From NCBI GenBank assembly GCA_964505635.1, contig CAZDIP010000001.1:222412-286411 (forward strand): a stretch of 64,000 nt of DNA. Reading direction: 5' to 3'. The stretch comes from an uncultured Candidatus Saccharibacteria bacterium (lineage in GTDB: Bacteria; Patescibacteriota; Doudnabacteria; UBA920). Under the pieces are notes generated by a model. That model did no database searches. It saw only the letters and a program-made list of their open reading frames with translations, and was not told where the DNA came from. Position numbers and translations under genes: made by a program. Positions 10,288 through 19,958 of this stretch are shown piece by piece. Each line of letters opens with the position of its first letter. Position 1 is the stretch's first letter.

Positions 10288-11029
10288 AACCCAGGAAGAA
10301 ATAGAAATTATTGCGGAGGGTGGGAAACTCATCCACAATATTTTGCATAAAACCGCCGGGCTTATTAAGCCCGGTATTTCAACCTGGGAATTAAATGAAT
10401 TCGCCGAAAGCGAAATATACAAAATAGGGGGAAGGCCGAGTTTTAAAAATTATGGCCCTAAAAAAAACCCATTTCCGGCCGGCCTTTGCACTTCGGTAAA
10501 CAACCAGGTTGTCCACGGCATTCCCTCGCGTGATGTAATTTTAAAAAACGGAGATATTATTGGCCTGGACATTGGCATGGAATATAAAGGCCTTTATACG
10601 GACACGGCTATAACCGTAGCGGTAGGAACAATTTCCGCCAAAGCGCAAAAGCTTATAGATACCACAAAAAAATGCCTTTCAGAAGCAATAAAAGCGGCCC
10701 AAAACGGCAACAAAATAGGCGATATAGCTTTTGCCACCCAAAGCACAGGGGAAAAAGCCGGCTTTAACGTAGTTAGAGATTTAGTTGGTCACGGCGTTGG
10801 CTACGACGTACACGAAGACCCGGCTGTGCCGTGTTATGGAAAAAAAGGGCAGGGAATTGAACTTAAGGAGGGCATGGTTTTAGCTATTGAACCAATGCTC
10901 ACTGAAAATGAATATTTTGTGGTCTTTGAACCCGACGGCTGGACCATTTCTACTCGCGATGGCGGCCTTTCCGCGCACTTTGAACACACCGTAGCCATAA
11001 CCAAACACGGGGCGAGGGTATTAACTTAA
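10268..11029 (+). CDS. map: Methionine aminopeptidase type I
   Basis: It has the pita-bread-fold motifs VHGIPS, GHGVG..HE and the metal ligands. Confidence 0.9.
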   Translation: MPKGLIKTQEEIEIIAEGGKLIHNILHKTAGLIKPGISTWELNEFAESEIYKIGGRPSFKNYGPKKNPFPAGLCTSVNNQVVHGIPSRDVILKNGDIIGLDIGMEYKGLYTDTAITVAVGTISAKAQKLIDTTKKCLSEAIKAAQNGNKIGDIAFATQSTGEKAGFNVVRDLVGHGVGYDVHEDPAVPCYGKKGQGIELKEGMVLAIEPMLTENEYFVVFEPDGWTISTRDGGLSAHFEHTVAITKHGARVLT

Positions 11030-11065
11030 ACTCATGAGAGTGCCCTCTAACCGTCTCTAATTGAT

Positions 11066-12844
11066 TTATTTTTTACTTTTTATTTCTTGTAAAACTAAAC
11101 TAGAAAACTCCTCCGACCCCATCTGCCCCAAATCTTTTCCATCCTGAGTTCTAACAGAAATTAAATTCGAAGACACTTCTTTTTCCCCCACAATTATTTG
11201 GTAGGGGATTTTTTGCATTGTGGCTTCGCGGATTTTTTTGCCTATGCTTTCGTTTCTTTCGTCTATTTCTATTCTTAAATTTTCATCTACTGATAGCAAT
11301 TGCTCCCTCACTTTTTTGGCGTATTGTATTTGATTTTCAGAAATTGGCAAAATTACTAACTGAACAGGGGAGAGCCATAACGGAAAACTCCCGGAATAAT
11401 GTTCAATTAACAGACCTATAAACCTCTCCATAGAGCCATAGATTACTCTGTGGATAGCGACAGGTGTTTTTCTACTGCCGTCTTCTGATACGTACTCCAA
11501 ATTAAATCTTCTAGGCTGCTGAAAATCCAGCTGAATAGTACCCATTTGCCACTCCCGTCCAAGCGCGTCTTTCATTAAAATATCCACTTTAGGCCCGTAA
11601 AAAGCACCGTCACCTTCGGCCACAACGTATTCGCGGCCAGATTTTTCTAAAATTCCCCTTAAAGATTTTTCGGCTTTATTCCAAGTTTCAACATCGCCCA
11701 TAAAACTTTCCGGCCTGGTGCCAAGACGATAACGATACTCCATGCCAAAAATCCCATAAAATAATTTTGTAATTTCAAAAACTCTCTCATACTCTTCGGC
11801 TATCATTTCCTCAGTTATAAAAATATGAGCATCGTCCTGCCGAAATTCTCTCACTCGCAATAAACCGTTTAAGGTACCGGCACGCTCGTAACGGTGAAGC
11901 ATATCTGTATCCGATAATCGCAAAGGCAAATCTTTATAGCTTCTTAGCTTGCTGCCAAAAACTACCATGGCGTTCGGGCAGTTCATTGCCTTAACTCCGT
12001 ATTCTTCATGTTCTCCCATGTTGGCCACAAACATATCGCCCCAGTAGTGCTCAAAGTGACCCGAAGTAATGTATAAATCTTTTTTATTTAAAAGCGGGGA
12101 AACAATTTCATGATACTGCCTTTTTTTATGCTCTTTTCGCCAAAAATCAATTAACTCGTTATACAAAACCACGCCCTTTGGCAGCCAGTAAGGCATTCCG
12201 GGCGAAGTCGTATGGAACATAAATAATTCTAGCTGAGGTCCCAATTTTTTGTGATCCCTTTTTTCCGCTTCTTCAAGCATTTTTAAATAGCCTTCCAATT
12301 CCTCTTTAGTTTCAAAAGCATAGCCGTAAACGCGGGTTAGCATTTTATTTTTTTCATCGCCCCGCCAGTAAGCGCCGGCCACCTTAGCTAATTTAAAAGC
12401 ATCCGGATTTATTTCCTTACTGGGATTTTCCACGTGCCCGCCTTTGCATAAGTCTATAAAGTCAGGGGAGTTATGAAAGGTAATTTTTTTACCGCCTTGC
12501 GCAAATTCATTTATAAGTTCGGTTTTATATTCATTCCACTCAAATTCTTTTAAGGCCTCTTCTTTGGAAACTTCTTTTTTTTCAAAATGAGTCCATTTCG
12601 GAATTAATTTTTTTATTTGTTTTTCAATTTTGGGCAAATCTTTTTCGGTCAGAGTATGCCCGACTATTTCAAAATCCTGATAAAAACCATCTTGTATGGC
12701 CGGGCCAATAGCGTTTTTACTGCCAGGCCAAAGCTCCCGCACAGCCGCGGCGGTTAAATGAGCCAGGGTATGGCGAATATTATGAAGTTTTTGTTCTTTA
12801 TCCATATTCTTTACAATTAATTTTTTATGTGCTAACATTTTCAA
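11066..12844 (-). CDS. thrS: Threonyl-tRNA synthetase (lacking N-terminal TGS extension)
   Basis: It has the class II motifs (HRYERAGTLNGLLRVREFRQDDAHIF) and a C-terminal anticodon-binding domain. Confidence 0.9.
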   Translation of the reverse strand: MKMLAHKKLIVKNMDKEQKLHNIRHTLAHLTAAAVRELWPGSKNAIGPAIQDGFYQDFEIVGHTLTEKDLPKIEKQIKKLIPKWTHFEKKEVSKEEALKEFEWNEYKTELINEFAQGGKKITFHNSPDFIDLCKGGHVENPSKEINPDAFKLAKVAGAYWRGDEKNKMLTRVYGYAFETKEELEGYLKMLEEAEKRDHKKLGPQLELFMFHTTSPGMPYWLPKGVVLYNELIDFWRKEHKKRQYHEIVSPLLNKKDLYITSGHFEHYWGDMFVANMGEHEEYGVKAMNCPNAMVVFGSKLRSYKDLPLRLSDTDMLHRYERAGTLNGLLRVREFRQDDAHIFITEEMIAEEYERVFEITKLFYGIFGMEYRYRLGTRPESFMGDVETWNKAEKSLRGILEKSGREYVVAEGDGAFYGPKVDILMKDALGREWQMGTIQLDFQQPRRFNLEYVSEDGSRKTPVAIHRVIYGSMERFIGLLIEHYSGSFPLWLSPVQLVILPISENQIQYAKKVREQLLSVDENLRIEIDERNESIGKKIREATMQKIPYQIIVGEKEVSSNLISVRTQDGKDLGQMGSEEFSSLVLQEIKSKK

Positions 12845-13039
12845 ACAACCTACCGGAGGTCAAGCTGATTTTGCGATCATTTCTTTTATCATCCGCTGCC
12901 GAGAAACCGAACTTCAGGCAGCAAACGAAGCAAATTTCGCAAAATCGCGCAAACGCGGGCGAGCATTCTTCCTCGGAGTTCCGGGGGGTTATAAGACTCT
13001 TAAAGGTACCGCTACCTCCGGTAGGAATCTCAAAAATTC
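12845..13039 (-). promoter_or_regulatory. Structured thrS 5' leader with 12-bp perfect long-range inverted repeat
   Basis: On the thrS strand CCTACCGGAGGT (13021-13010) and ACCTCCGGTAGG (12860-12849) lie about 150 nt apart. The second copy is 15 nt from the start codon. The interior is GC-rich and there is no ORF. Confidence 0.45.
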
Positions 13040-13738
13040 CTACTTTTTATTTTCTAAATCTATTAACTGCTCTTGCCTGTCTTTCATATTATACTTATTT
13101 AAAAGTTCCAAAGCCTTAGGCTTTGCCTCCTGTATTGCCGCGAAAACTTCTGTTTGCGGCTTTTTTAAAATTTTCAGGCATTCTGCTTTTTTTAACAATA
13201 TGCCGGTTTCTAATATTAACCTATGCCATGGCCTTAGGCTAGGCGAATTACTTTGCCTCACTAGGCTTAAAGCGGAATTAAAATCTATCAATGAATCTTC
13301 AAATCCATTTGCCGCCTTGCTAAGGGCCAAATGACCTAAAAATTCAGCTTTGGTAAAATCTTCAACCCCTTTGTCAGCTAAAACTTGTGCATAGGCTTTT
13401 TTATGTTCTTCTAAGGCCTCTAAAAGCCGGCTTAACGAATAAAAAGCATCTCCTTTGCGCAAATGCATAACTGCCAACGCATGTCCGGTTATGTGTTGCT
13501 GCTTGCAAATTTGCAAAGCCTTGTCTATTTGTTCCAGGATTTGATGCAAATATGCAGGATTATTGGTGGCTTTAAAAAATTTTTTAAAAATGTGGACTTT
13601 ATGTCCTATTCCTTCTAAATAATTTTTGAAGTCGCGGCTTTTTAAAAATTCCTTAAGCTGTTGATTAATCAAACTTTCTGCGTCAGTAATTTTTCCAGTT
13701 TCGGAAAGTATTTCAAATTGCTCAAAAATAGAACTCAT
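13040..13738 (-). CDS. Hypothetical protein
   Basis: I take the start at the internal Met (MSSIFEQ...). The extended N-terminus of the 13831 ORF reads through a stable nested hairpin and is probably non-coding. Confidence 0.4.
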   Translation of the reverse strand: MSSIFEQFEILSETGKITDAESLINQQLKEFLKSRDFKNYLEGIGHKVHIFKKFFKATNNPAYLHQILEQIDKALQICKQQHITGHALAVMHLRKGDAFYSLSRLLEALEEHKKAYAQVLADKGVEDFTKAEFLGHLALSKAANGFEDSLIDFNSALSLVRQSNSPSLRPWHRLILETGILLKKAECLKILKKPQTEVFAAIQEAKPKALELLNKYNMKDRQEQLIDLENKK

Positions 13739-14000
13739 AAAACCAAAAGACCCCGGGATTTTAACTGTAAGTCTACAGTAAAAACCCTGGGGTCTTGGAT
13801 ATAAGACCAAGACGTTTCCGTCCCAGTTCACTTAAGTGGCTCTAGAACACTTAAGTCTTTTTATGCTTTTGTCTCAAACTCCTTAGATTGGTTGTCTAAG
13901 TAGTAACGTTTGAAGAACTGAAAAAATTATAACATAAGCCAAAATAGCTGACAAGCTAAGATTTCCACAACTGGTAAAAAATATTGATTTATAAAAACTA

Positions 14001-14032
14001 TTGACATTTTATATATTATATGATATAATATG
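14001..14032 (+). promoter_or_regulatory. Consensus sigma70-type promoter with extended -10
   Basis: TTGACA (14001-06), a 17-nt spacer, then TGaTATAAT (14021-29). An AT-rich UP-like tract lies upstream and the RBS aaagaaagggggg lies before the ATG at 14078. Confidence 0.7.
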
Positions 14033-14077
14033 TAAATAGGCTGCTCCAAGGGCGGCCTAAAGAAAGGGGGGCTATTC

Positions 14078-14329
14078 ATGGCACATGGCCATGAAAACAA
14101 CCATGGCAACGGCCATGGGAATTCGCACGATGCCCACAAAGATGGGCACGGGCATAAAGAAGAATCAACAGCTTTTTTGGCAGTAAGCGCGTTTGTGCTT
14201 CTGCTGATTTGGCTGGTTGGCCGTTTGCCGGGCGACTGGCCAACCGTACTAAGATTATTTCTCGGCATAGGTTTGGCCGGCTTCTTTGCCACTCTATGGA
14301 AGGGAGGCGACGACCACGGCCACCACTAG
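14078..14329 (+). CDS. His-rich small membrane protein (putative metal-binding)
   Basis: The N-terminus HGHENNHGNGHGNSHDAHKDGHGHKEE has 9 His in 27 aa. It is followed by two predicted TM helices and a C-terminal GDDHGHH. A perfect promoter, an RBS and a terminator bound it. Confidence 0.6.
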   Translation: MAHGHENNHGNGHGNSHDAHKDGHGHKEESTAFLAVSAFVLLLIWLVGRLPGDWPTVLRLFLGIGLAGFFATLWKGGDDHGHH

Positions 14330-14362
14330 ACTCGCAATGCTGTACTCGCGAGTCTTTTTTTT
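14329..14362. terminator. Rho-independent terminator shared with the convergent dnaE
   Basis: The stem gactcgc/gcgagtc is followed by a T8 tract. Confidence 0.6.
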
Positions 14363-17300
14363 ATTCCACGTCAACTTTTAAAACTCCGGAAACTTCTTTA
14401 AGCTTGCTGATAAGCTCGGATGCGACATTTACCCGGCTTTGGGCTTTAATTTTTTTAGCATTAGGCCCGCTACCCAAAAGCAGATACACCTGAGCCTGGC
14501 CCGGAAAAGCCGTTAAAATTTGTTTTATTTCATTAAGCGCCGAGGAGTTGCTTAAATTCTGCATATGCAAAACCAAGTGCTTATTTTTTTCAACCTCTTT
14601 TAAAGCTACACTGTAAAGCTCGTCTGAGGGCAGGACCTTAATTTCTTCCGCAATTAACTTAAATTCTTCGTCTTTGTCGGAAAGCCGGCCTCTGACCTGC
14701 ACAATTTGGTCATTTGCCAAAAACGGCAAGGCCGCTTCCATCACTTTAGGAAAAACTAAAACTTCCACGCTGCCGGTGCCGTCTTCCAAGGTAAAAAAAG
14801 CCATGGGGTCATTTTTTTTAGTCAAAGTTTTTTTAAGACGGGAAATTATTCCGCCCATTACCACATTCTGGCCCAGCATATCCAAATGTAAATTTTTAAC
14901 TAAAATTAGGCCGTTCAGCACTTTACGATAATTGTCCAAAGGGTGGGCGGAAACATACATGCCTAAATGCTCTTTCTCCCAAACTAATTTTTCTTCTTTA
15001 CCTGCAGGGGGGAATGATTTTAAGGTTAATTTGCCGAAATGCATGTTTTTTCCAAACAAAGAATTTTGACCCGAATTTTCCGCTTTAAAATGTTCGCGTA
15101 CGAATTCCAAAACCTCATCGGTATTGTTTAGCAAGCTGCCGCGTTCGCCGAAGGCGTCCAAAGCTCCGGCTTTTACAAGCGCCTCCCAGGATTTTTTGTT
15201 AAAGTTTTTAACATGGCATTTTAAAAGAAAATCCTGAAGGGAAAGGAAAACGGGTGAACCATAGGCATTACTATGACGATAACTAAAATCCGCATCTGCA
15301 GATTTATTATTGTTATTGTCATTACTAACCTTGCCCTGCCTGGCCTCCATAATTCTTTGTATCACGTCGCTGCCTAAATTCTTTATGGCATTAAGTCCAA
15401 AACGAATGGTTTTTTCATCCACTACCGTAAAATCTCCCATAGATTCCCGAACATCCGGCGGTAAAACCGAAATACCCAATGCCTTACATTCTTCCACAGC
15501 TTCGTAAATTTTATCTTCATCGCCGCTTTCGGCGGTCATTAACGCCGCCATAAATTCTACCGGGTAATTTGCTTTCATGTAAGCCGTCTGGTAGGATACG
15601 ACCGAATAAGAAGCCGAGTGGGCTTTATTAAAACCATAGGCCGCGAAAGGTTCAATCCAGGTCCAAATCTGCTCGGCCTTTTGGTGGCTCCAGTTGCTGG
15701 TTTTCTGACAACCTTGAATAAATTTAATTTTTTGCTTAGCCATTTCTTCAGGAATTTTTTTACCCACCGCTTTGCGGAATTTATCCACCTCTTCCCAGGA
15801 ATACCCGGCCAAATCATGGGCAATGGTTAGCAAATCGTCCTGGTAAACCAAAATTCCATATGTCCTATGCAGTATCTTTTCAAATGCCGGATCCAGATAG
15901 TTAATCAACTTTGAATTATGCTTGCGTTTAATATAATCTTCTATAAACTGCATGGGCCCGGGACGGTACAAAGCTATCATGGCCATAATGTCAAAAACTG
16001 AGCTGGGTTTTAGTTCTTTTAAATACCTGGTCATTCCCGAAGATCCCATTTGAAACACCCCAAAAGTAAGTCCGTCGGACAAAAGTTTAAAGGTTTTTTG
16101 GTCAGGGTGGGGGAGATTATAAATATCAATTTTAATACCGTGTCTTTTTTCAACCAGATTAACTGCCGCTTCCAGAATAGAAAGATTGCGAATCCCTAGC
16201 AAATCCAGCTTTACAACTCCAATGGCTTTGGAGCTGGCATTAACATCCAAAGCATACATATCATACTGGGTAATAACCCTCTCGCCATCGGGTTCTTTTT
16301 GCAATGGCATGTAGTCGGTTAGTTGGGTAGGGGTAATAACAATGCCGGCCGCGTGAACGGAAGCATGGCGCGCGCAGCCCTCCAATTTTTTTGCAATCGT
16401 CAAAATCCGCCTGGTTTCCGGATCCTGATCGTAAATGGCTTTTAACTCGGGGGTTTTTTCAAGCGCAATGTCTAGCGTCATATGAAAGCCCTGTTTGCCG
16501 ATGGGAATCATTTTGGCAATCTGGTCACACTTGGAATAAGGCACGCCGAGGGCCCGGCCAACGTCCCTAACGGCAGCGCGAGCCATCATGGTTCCAAAGG
16601 TAATAATTTGCGCGACTTTGTCCGAGCCGTACTTTTGGGTAATATAAGCAATGGCTTCGTCGCGGCGGTTATCGGCAATATCAAGGTCAATATCGGGCGG
16701 AGTCGGCCGATGCATGGTTAAAAATCTTTCAAATGGCAGCTCGTAGTAAAGAGGGTCCACATTAGTAATACCTAAAATCCTGCCGACAATGCTGCCGGCA
16801 GCGCTGCCCCTGGTATTGGTAATGGCGCCGATATTGTGGGCGCCTTTCACCGCATCGGCCACCATTAAAAAATAAGTGTCGAATCCCTTTTTACAGATAA
16901 TATTTAACTCATAATTTATGCGCTCAATAATTTCTTCGGGCACCTGTCCGTTTTGTCCATAAATCTCTTTTGCACTTTCATGCACAATTTGATTCAAATA
17001 GGTTTGTGAATCTAGGCCGGAAGGAATTTCCACTTTTGGGAAGTAACGCTGGTCAATCTGGATTTCCAGGTCGCACATATCGGCTATTTTTTGCGTATTA
17101 TGCAAAGCTTCCGGGACGTCGTAAAATAGTTCGTGCATTTTTTCAGGCGACTTTAAAGACAGATCATAACCCCGCATATCCAAACGGTCTTGCTCTTCCA
17201 CAGTGCGTCCCGTGCCAATACATACCATCACATCCTGAGCTTCACTGTCTTCCGGGTATATGTAGTGGCAATCGGCGGTGGCGACCAAGTTTAAACTTCT

Positions 17301-17912
17301 GGATTTGGCCAACGAAATAAGGCGGTTGTTTAAAAGAGTTTCATTTGGATCTTCATGCCTGCTGTTGCGTTGAATTTCAATAAAAAATCTTCCCGGCCCG
17401 AATATACTTAAATACTTTTCCAGCGCCTGGTTCGCTTCATGGTCGGATTTCATGATAGCTTTTGCAATTTCACCCCGCTGGCAACCTGAAAGGCAGATTA
17501 AACCTTCGGAGTGGCTGGCTAGAAGATTTAAATCTATTCTTGGCTTATAGTAAAACCCTTCTAAATGAGCAGTTGTCGTAAGGTTTATTAAATTCCGGTA
17601 ACCTACTTGATTCTGAGCCAACAATGTTAAATGATAGTAAGCCGAATCAATTTTTGCCTCTTTTTCCAAAAGAGAGCGAGGAGCAACGTATGCCTCAAGG
17701 CCAATAATCGGCTTAATGCCGGCTTCTTTGCATTTATTAAAAAATTCAATGGTGCCGTACATAACACCGTGATCAGTAATAGCCAAAGCTTCCATATTAA
17801 GCTCTTTGACACGTTCAACCAAAGGGTCAATTTTAGAAAGACCATCTAATAAAGAATAGTGTGAATGGCAATGTAAGTGAGTAAACTTCATAGGCAAGCT
17901 TAATATTACCAA
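14361..17912 (-). CDS. dnaE: DNA polymerase III alpha subunit
   Basis: It has an N-terminal PHP domain (HLHCHSHYSLLDG), the pol IIIa core and an OB fold. A short low-complexity insert (NDNNNNK) sits near aa 845. The true start may be Met8 (MKFTHLH). Confidence 0.9.
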   Translation of the reverse strand: MVILSLPMKFTHLHCHSHYSLLDGLSKIDPLVERVKELNMEALAITDHGVMYGTIEFFNKCKEAGIKPIIGLEAYVAPRSLLEKEAKIDSAYYHLTLLAQNQVGYRNLINLTTTAHLEGFYYKPRIDLNLLASHSEGLICLSGCQRGEIAKAIMKSDHEANQALEKYLSIFGPGRFFIEIQRNSRHEDPNETLLNNRLISLAKSRSLNLVATADCHYIYPEDSEAQDVMVCIGTGRTVEEQDRLDMRGYDLSLKSPEKMHELFYDVPEALHNTQKIADMCDLEIQIDQRYFPKVEIPSGLDSQTYLNQIVHESAKEIYGQNGQVPEEIIERINYELNIICKKGFDTYFLMVADAVKGAHNIGAITNTRGSAAGSIVGRILGITNVDPLYYELPFERFLTMHRPTPPDIDLDIADNRRDEAIAYITQKYGSDKVAQIITFGTMMARAAVRDVGRALGVPYSKCDQIAKMIPIGKQGFHMTLDIALEKTPELKAIYDQDPETRRILTIAKKLEGCARHASVHAAGIVITPTQLTDYMPLQKEPDGERVITQYDMYALDVNASSKAIGVVKLDLLGIRNLSILEAAVNLVEKRHGIKIDIYNLPHPDQKTFKLLSDGLTFGVFQMGSSGMTRYLKELKPSSVFDIMAMIALYRPGPMQFIEDYIKRKHNSKLINYLDPAFEKILHRTYGILVYQDDLLTIAHDLAGYSWEEVDKFRKAVGKKIPEEMAKQKIKFIQGCQKTSNWSHQKAEQIWTWIEPFAAYGFNKAHSASYSVVSYQTAYMKANYPVEFMAALMTAESGDEDKIYEAVEECKALGISVLPPDVRESMGDFTVVDEKTIRFGLNAIKNLGSDVIQRIMEARQGKVSNDNNNNKSADADFSYRHSNAYGSPVFLSLQDFLLKCHVKNFNKKSWEALVKAGALDAFGERGSLLNNTDEVLEFVREHFKAENSGQNSLFGKNMHFGKLTLKSFPPAGKEEKLVWEKEHLGMYVSAHPLDNYRKVLNGLILVKNLHLDMLGQNVVMGGIISRLKKTLTKKNDPMAFFTLEDGTGSVEVLVFPKVMEAALPFLANDQIVQVRGRLSDKDEEFKLIAEEIKVLPSDELYSVALKEVEKNKHLVLHMQNLSNSSALNEIKQILTAFPGQAQVYLLLGSGPNAKKIKAQSRVNVASELISKLKEVSGVLKVDVE

Positions 17913-17969
17913 AGTGGCCGTGGTTTTGCTATACTAAAAACATACTAAACAAAAATTAGCCTTTATTGT

Positions 17970-18830
17970 ATGTCCCTTTTAAAGGAAAAAGCTTTACTGG
18001 AATTGGAAGAAGCCGAATTTTATGCCGGCCAAACATTAAACCGGTTCCCTCCTTTAATGAAATATGCGTTATACATTATTCTGCTGGGCACTATACCCGC
18101 ATATTTAATAACAAAACAGGTTTCCCGGGCCTACTGGGATAAACACTACAAGAATGCCATGGTTTCCGCTGTGCCTAGTTTTTTGGAAGCTCAGTCGCCC
18201 AAACTTTCCCCCACGACCCTAATTTCACACCAAGGCAGCTATACCGCAGTTTTGGAAATTTCAAATGAAAATATTGACCTAAGTTTGCCTGAAACTTCTT
18301 TCAAAATAGACTTTACAAATAACCTAGAACAAACTGTTTATACCTATGAGGGTAAATTATTTTTACTGCCCAATCAAAAAAAATATATAGTAGTCCCGCG
18401 CTTTCAAACCAATGAAGCTATAAAATCCGCTGATTTTAGTTTTTTACAGCAGCTTAAGTGGCAAAAGCGCCTCAGCATACCCAAAGTTAACCTGGCTGTG
18501 ATCCCGGCTACTTTTGAAAACCAAACTGAACCGGCAGCCTTTGTGATTGAAAGCGGCCTGTCTAATCAAAGTCCCTATAACATTAAACAGGCCAGATTAA
18601 CTTTTGTCGTTAAAGACGTAGATGGAAAAATTATCACAGCCAGCCAAAGGGATGAGTTTACTCTCAAGCCAAAAGAACTTAGAAGCTTCAAACAAAGCTG
18701 GCCCAACCTCTTTATACCTAACGCCTCTAAAATAGAAGTTTATGCGGAAACAAATCCGCTTGACAGAAACAATTTAGGCGTCCAAGCTCAAGATTCAACA
18801 AACGCTTCAGACCTTAGCAGGCCTAATTAA
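17970..18830 (+). CDS. Hypothetical membrane-anchored protein
   Basis: It has one N-terminal TM helix and an extracytoplasmic domain, and lies immediately upstream of the SEDS gene. Confidence 0.4.
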   Translation: MSLLKEKALLELEEAEFYAGQTLNRFPPLMKYALYIILLGTIPAYLITKQVSRAYWDKHYKNAMVSAVPSFLEAQSPKLSPTTLISHQGSYTAVLEISNENIDLSLPETSFKIDFTNNLEQTVYTYEGKLFLLPNQKKYIVVPRFQTNEAIKSADFSFLQQLKWQKRLSIPKVNLAVIPATFENQTEPAAFVIESGLSNQSPYNIKQARLTFVVKDVDGKIITASQRDEFTLKPKELRSFKQSWPNLFIPNASKIEVYAETNPLDRNNLGVQAQDSTNASDLSRPN

Positions 18831-18834
18831 AATT

Positions 18835-19935
18835 ATGCTTCATTTTTTCAGAAAATTCAGGTACGTTGATATCCCTTTGCAAATTACCACCCTGTTGCTT
18901 ATCGCAACAGGGCTTGCTGTTTTGTATAGCACTTCCCTGGCTTCCCAAAACCTGGCCTTGTTTTACAAACAACTAGTTTATGTAGGGGTTGGTCTTGGAT
19001 CTTTTATTTTTTTTAGTTTTTTTGACTACCATACTTTAGCTAAATTAAATCGCGTTATTTATCCGCTGACGATTTTGGTTTTAGCATATCTGCTGATTTT
19101 TGGAAACGTTATTCGCGGCGGTAGGCGCTGGGTAGAACTGCCGTTCTTCAACTTTCAACCGGCTGAATTTGCAAAAATTGTTGTTATCTTAGGCTTAGCT
19201 AAAATTTTGCATTTAAAACGGGGTCAAATTAATTCCTGGTCTATTTTATTATGGTCCTTGGCTTACTCTTTAATCCCTGCTGGTTTAGTAATTTTAGAAC
19301 CTGACTTAGGCTCTGCGCTGGTAATCTTAGGACTCTGGGCGAGCTTGGTAAGCATTAGCCCTATACGAAAAAAGATTATTCTTATTATTATTGCAAGCTC
19401 TCTGGTAGCCTGCGGTATTACCTGGAAATATGCTTTAAAAGACTTTCAAAAAGACAGAATCAAAGTCTTTATTAACCCCGAACTGGATCCGAGGGGGCGG
19501 GGTTATAACGTAAAACAAGCAACTATCGCGGCAGGCAGCGGTCAAATATGGGGCAGGGGACTGGGCAAGGGCTTACAAAGCCAAAATAAATTTTTGCCCG
19601 AAAGGCAAACGGATTTTATTTTTGCAGCCAGCGGCGAAGAAGTTGGTTTTGTCGGCTCAACAGCCATAGTCGGGCTCTTCGCTTTTTTATGTTTAAGGCT
19701 GCTTAATATTATGAATAAAGCGAAAGACGACCTGGGGATGTATATTGCGGGCGGGGTACTATTTCTAATTTTTATACATGCCGTTGTCAACATCGGTATG
19801 AATTTGGGTCTATTGCCGGTTACCGGCATTCCGCTGCCTTTTTTCAGCGCAGGCGGTAGTAATCTGATTATTGTATTAACTGCTCTCGGCATTGCTCAAA
19901 ATGTCAGTCTGGAATCAAAATTTTTGCGTTTTTAA
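18835..19935 (+). CDS. SEDS-family peptidoglycan polymerase (FtsW/RodA)
   Basis: A polytopic protein with the conserved GSGQIWGRGLGKG and TDFIFA motifs. Confidence 0.8.
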   Translation: MLHFFRKFRYVDIPLQITTLLLIATGLAVLYSTSLASQNLALFYKQLVYVGVGLGSFIFFSFFDYHTLAKLNRVIYPLTILVLAYLLIFGNVIRGGRRWVELPFFNFQPAEFAKIVVILGLAKILHLKRGQINSWSILLWSLAYSLIPAGLVILEPDLGSALVILGLWASLVSISPIRKKIILIIIASSLVACGITWKYALKDFQKDRIKVFINPELDPRGRGYNVKQATIAAGSGQIWGRGLGKGLQSQNKFLPERQTDFIFAASGEEVGFVGSTAIVGLFAFLCLRLLNIMNKAKDDLGMYIAGGVLFLIFIHAVVNIGMNLGLLPVTGIPLPFFSAGGSNLIIVLTALGIAQNVSLESKFLRF

Positions 19936-19958
19936 CAACAAGCTGTTATAATTTTTAT

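Noticed and set aside
12845-13039. T-box riboswitch upstream of thrS
   Set aside because: No T-box consensus (AGGGUGGNACCGCG) on the thrS strand. The similar-looking GGTACCGC is on the wrong strand. It is kept only as a structured leader.
12829-13119. 96-aa plus-strand ORF overlapping the thrS leader
   Set aside because: It is antisense to the structured thrS leader, has no RBS and has a low-complexity translation. It is very likely spurious.
14361-17912. Possible intein or mobile insertion in dnaE or dnaB
   Set aside because: Both proteins have normal lengths and contiguous conserved motifs. The only oddity is a short NDNNNNK low-complexity insert in DnaE at about 15290-15320.
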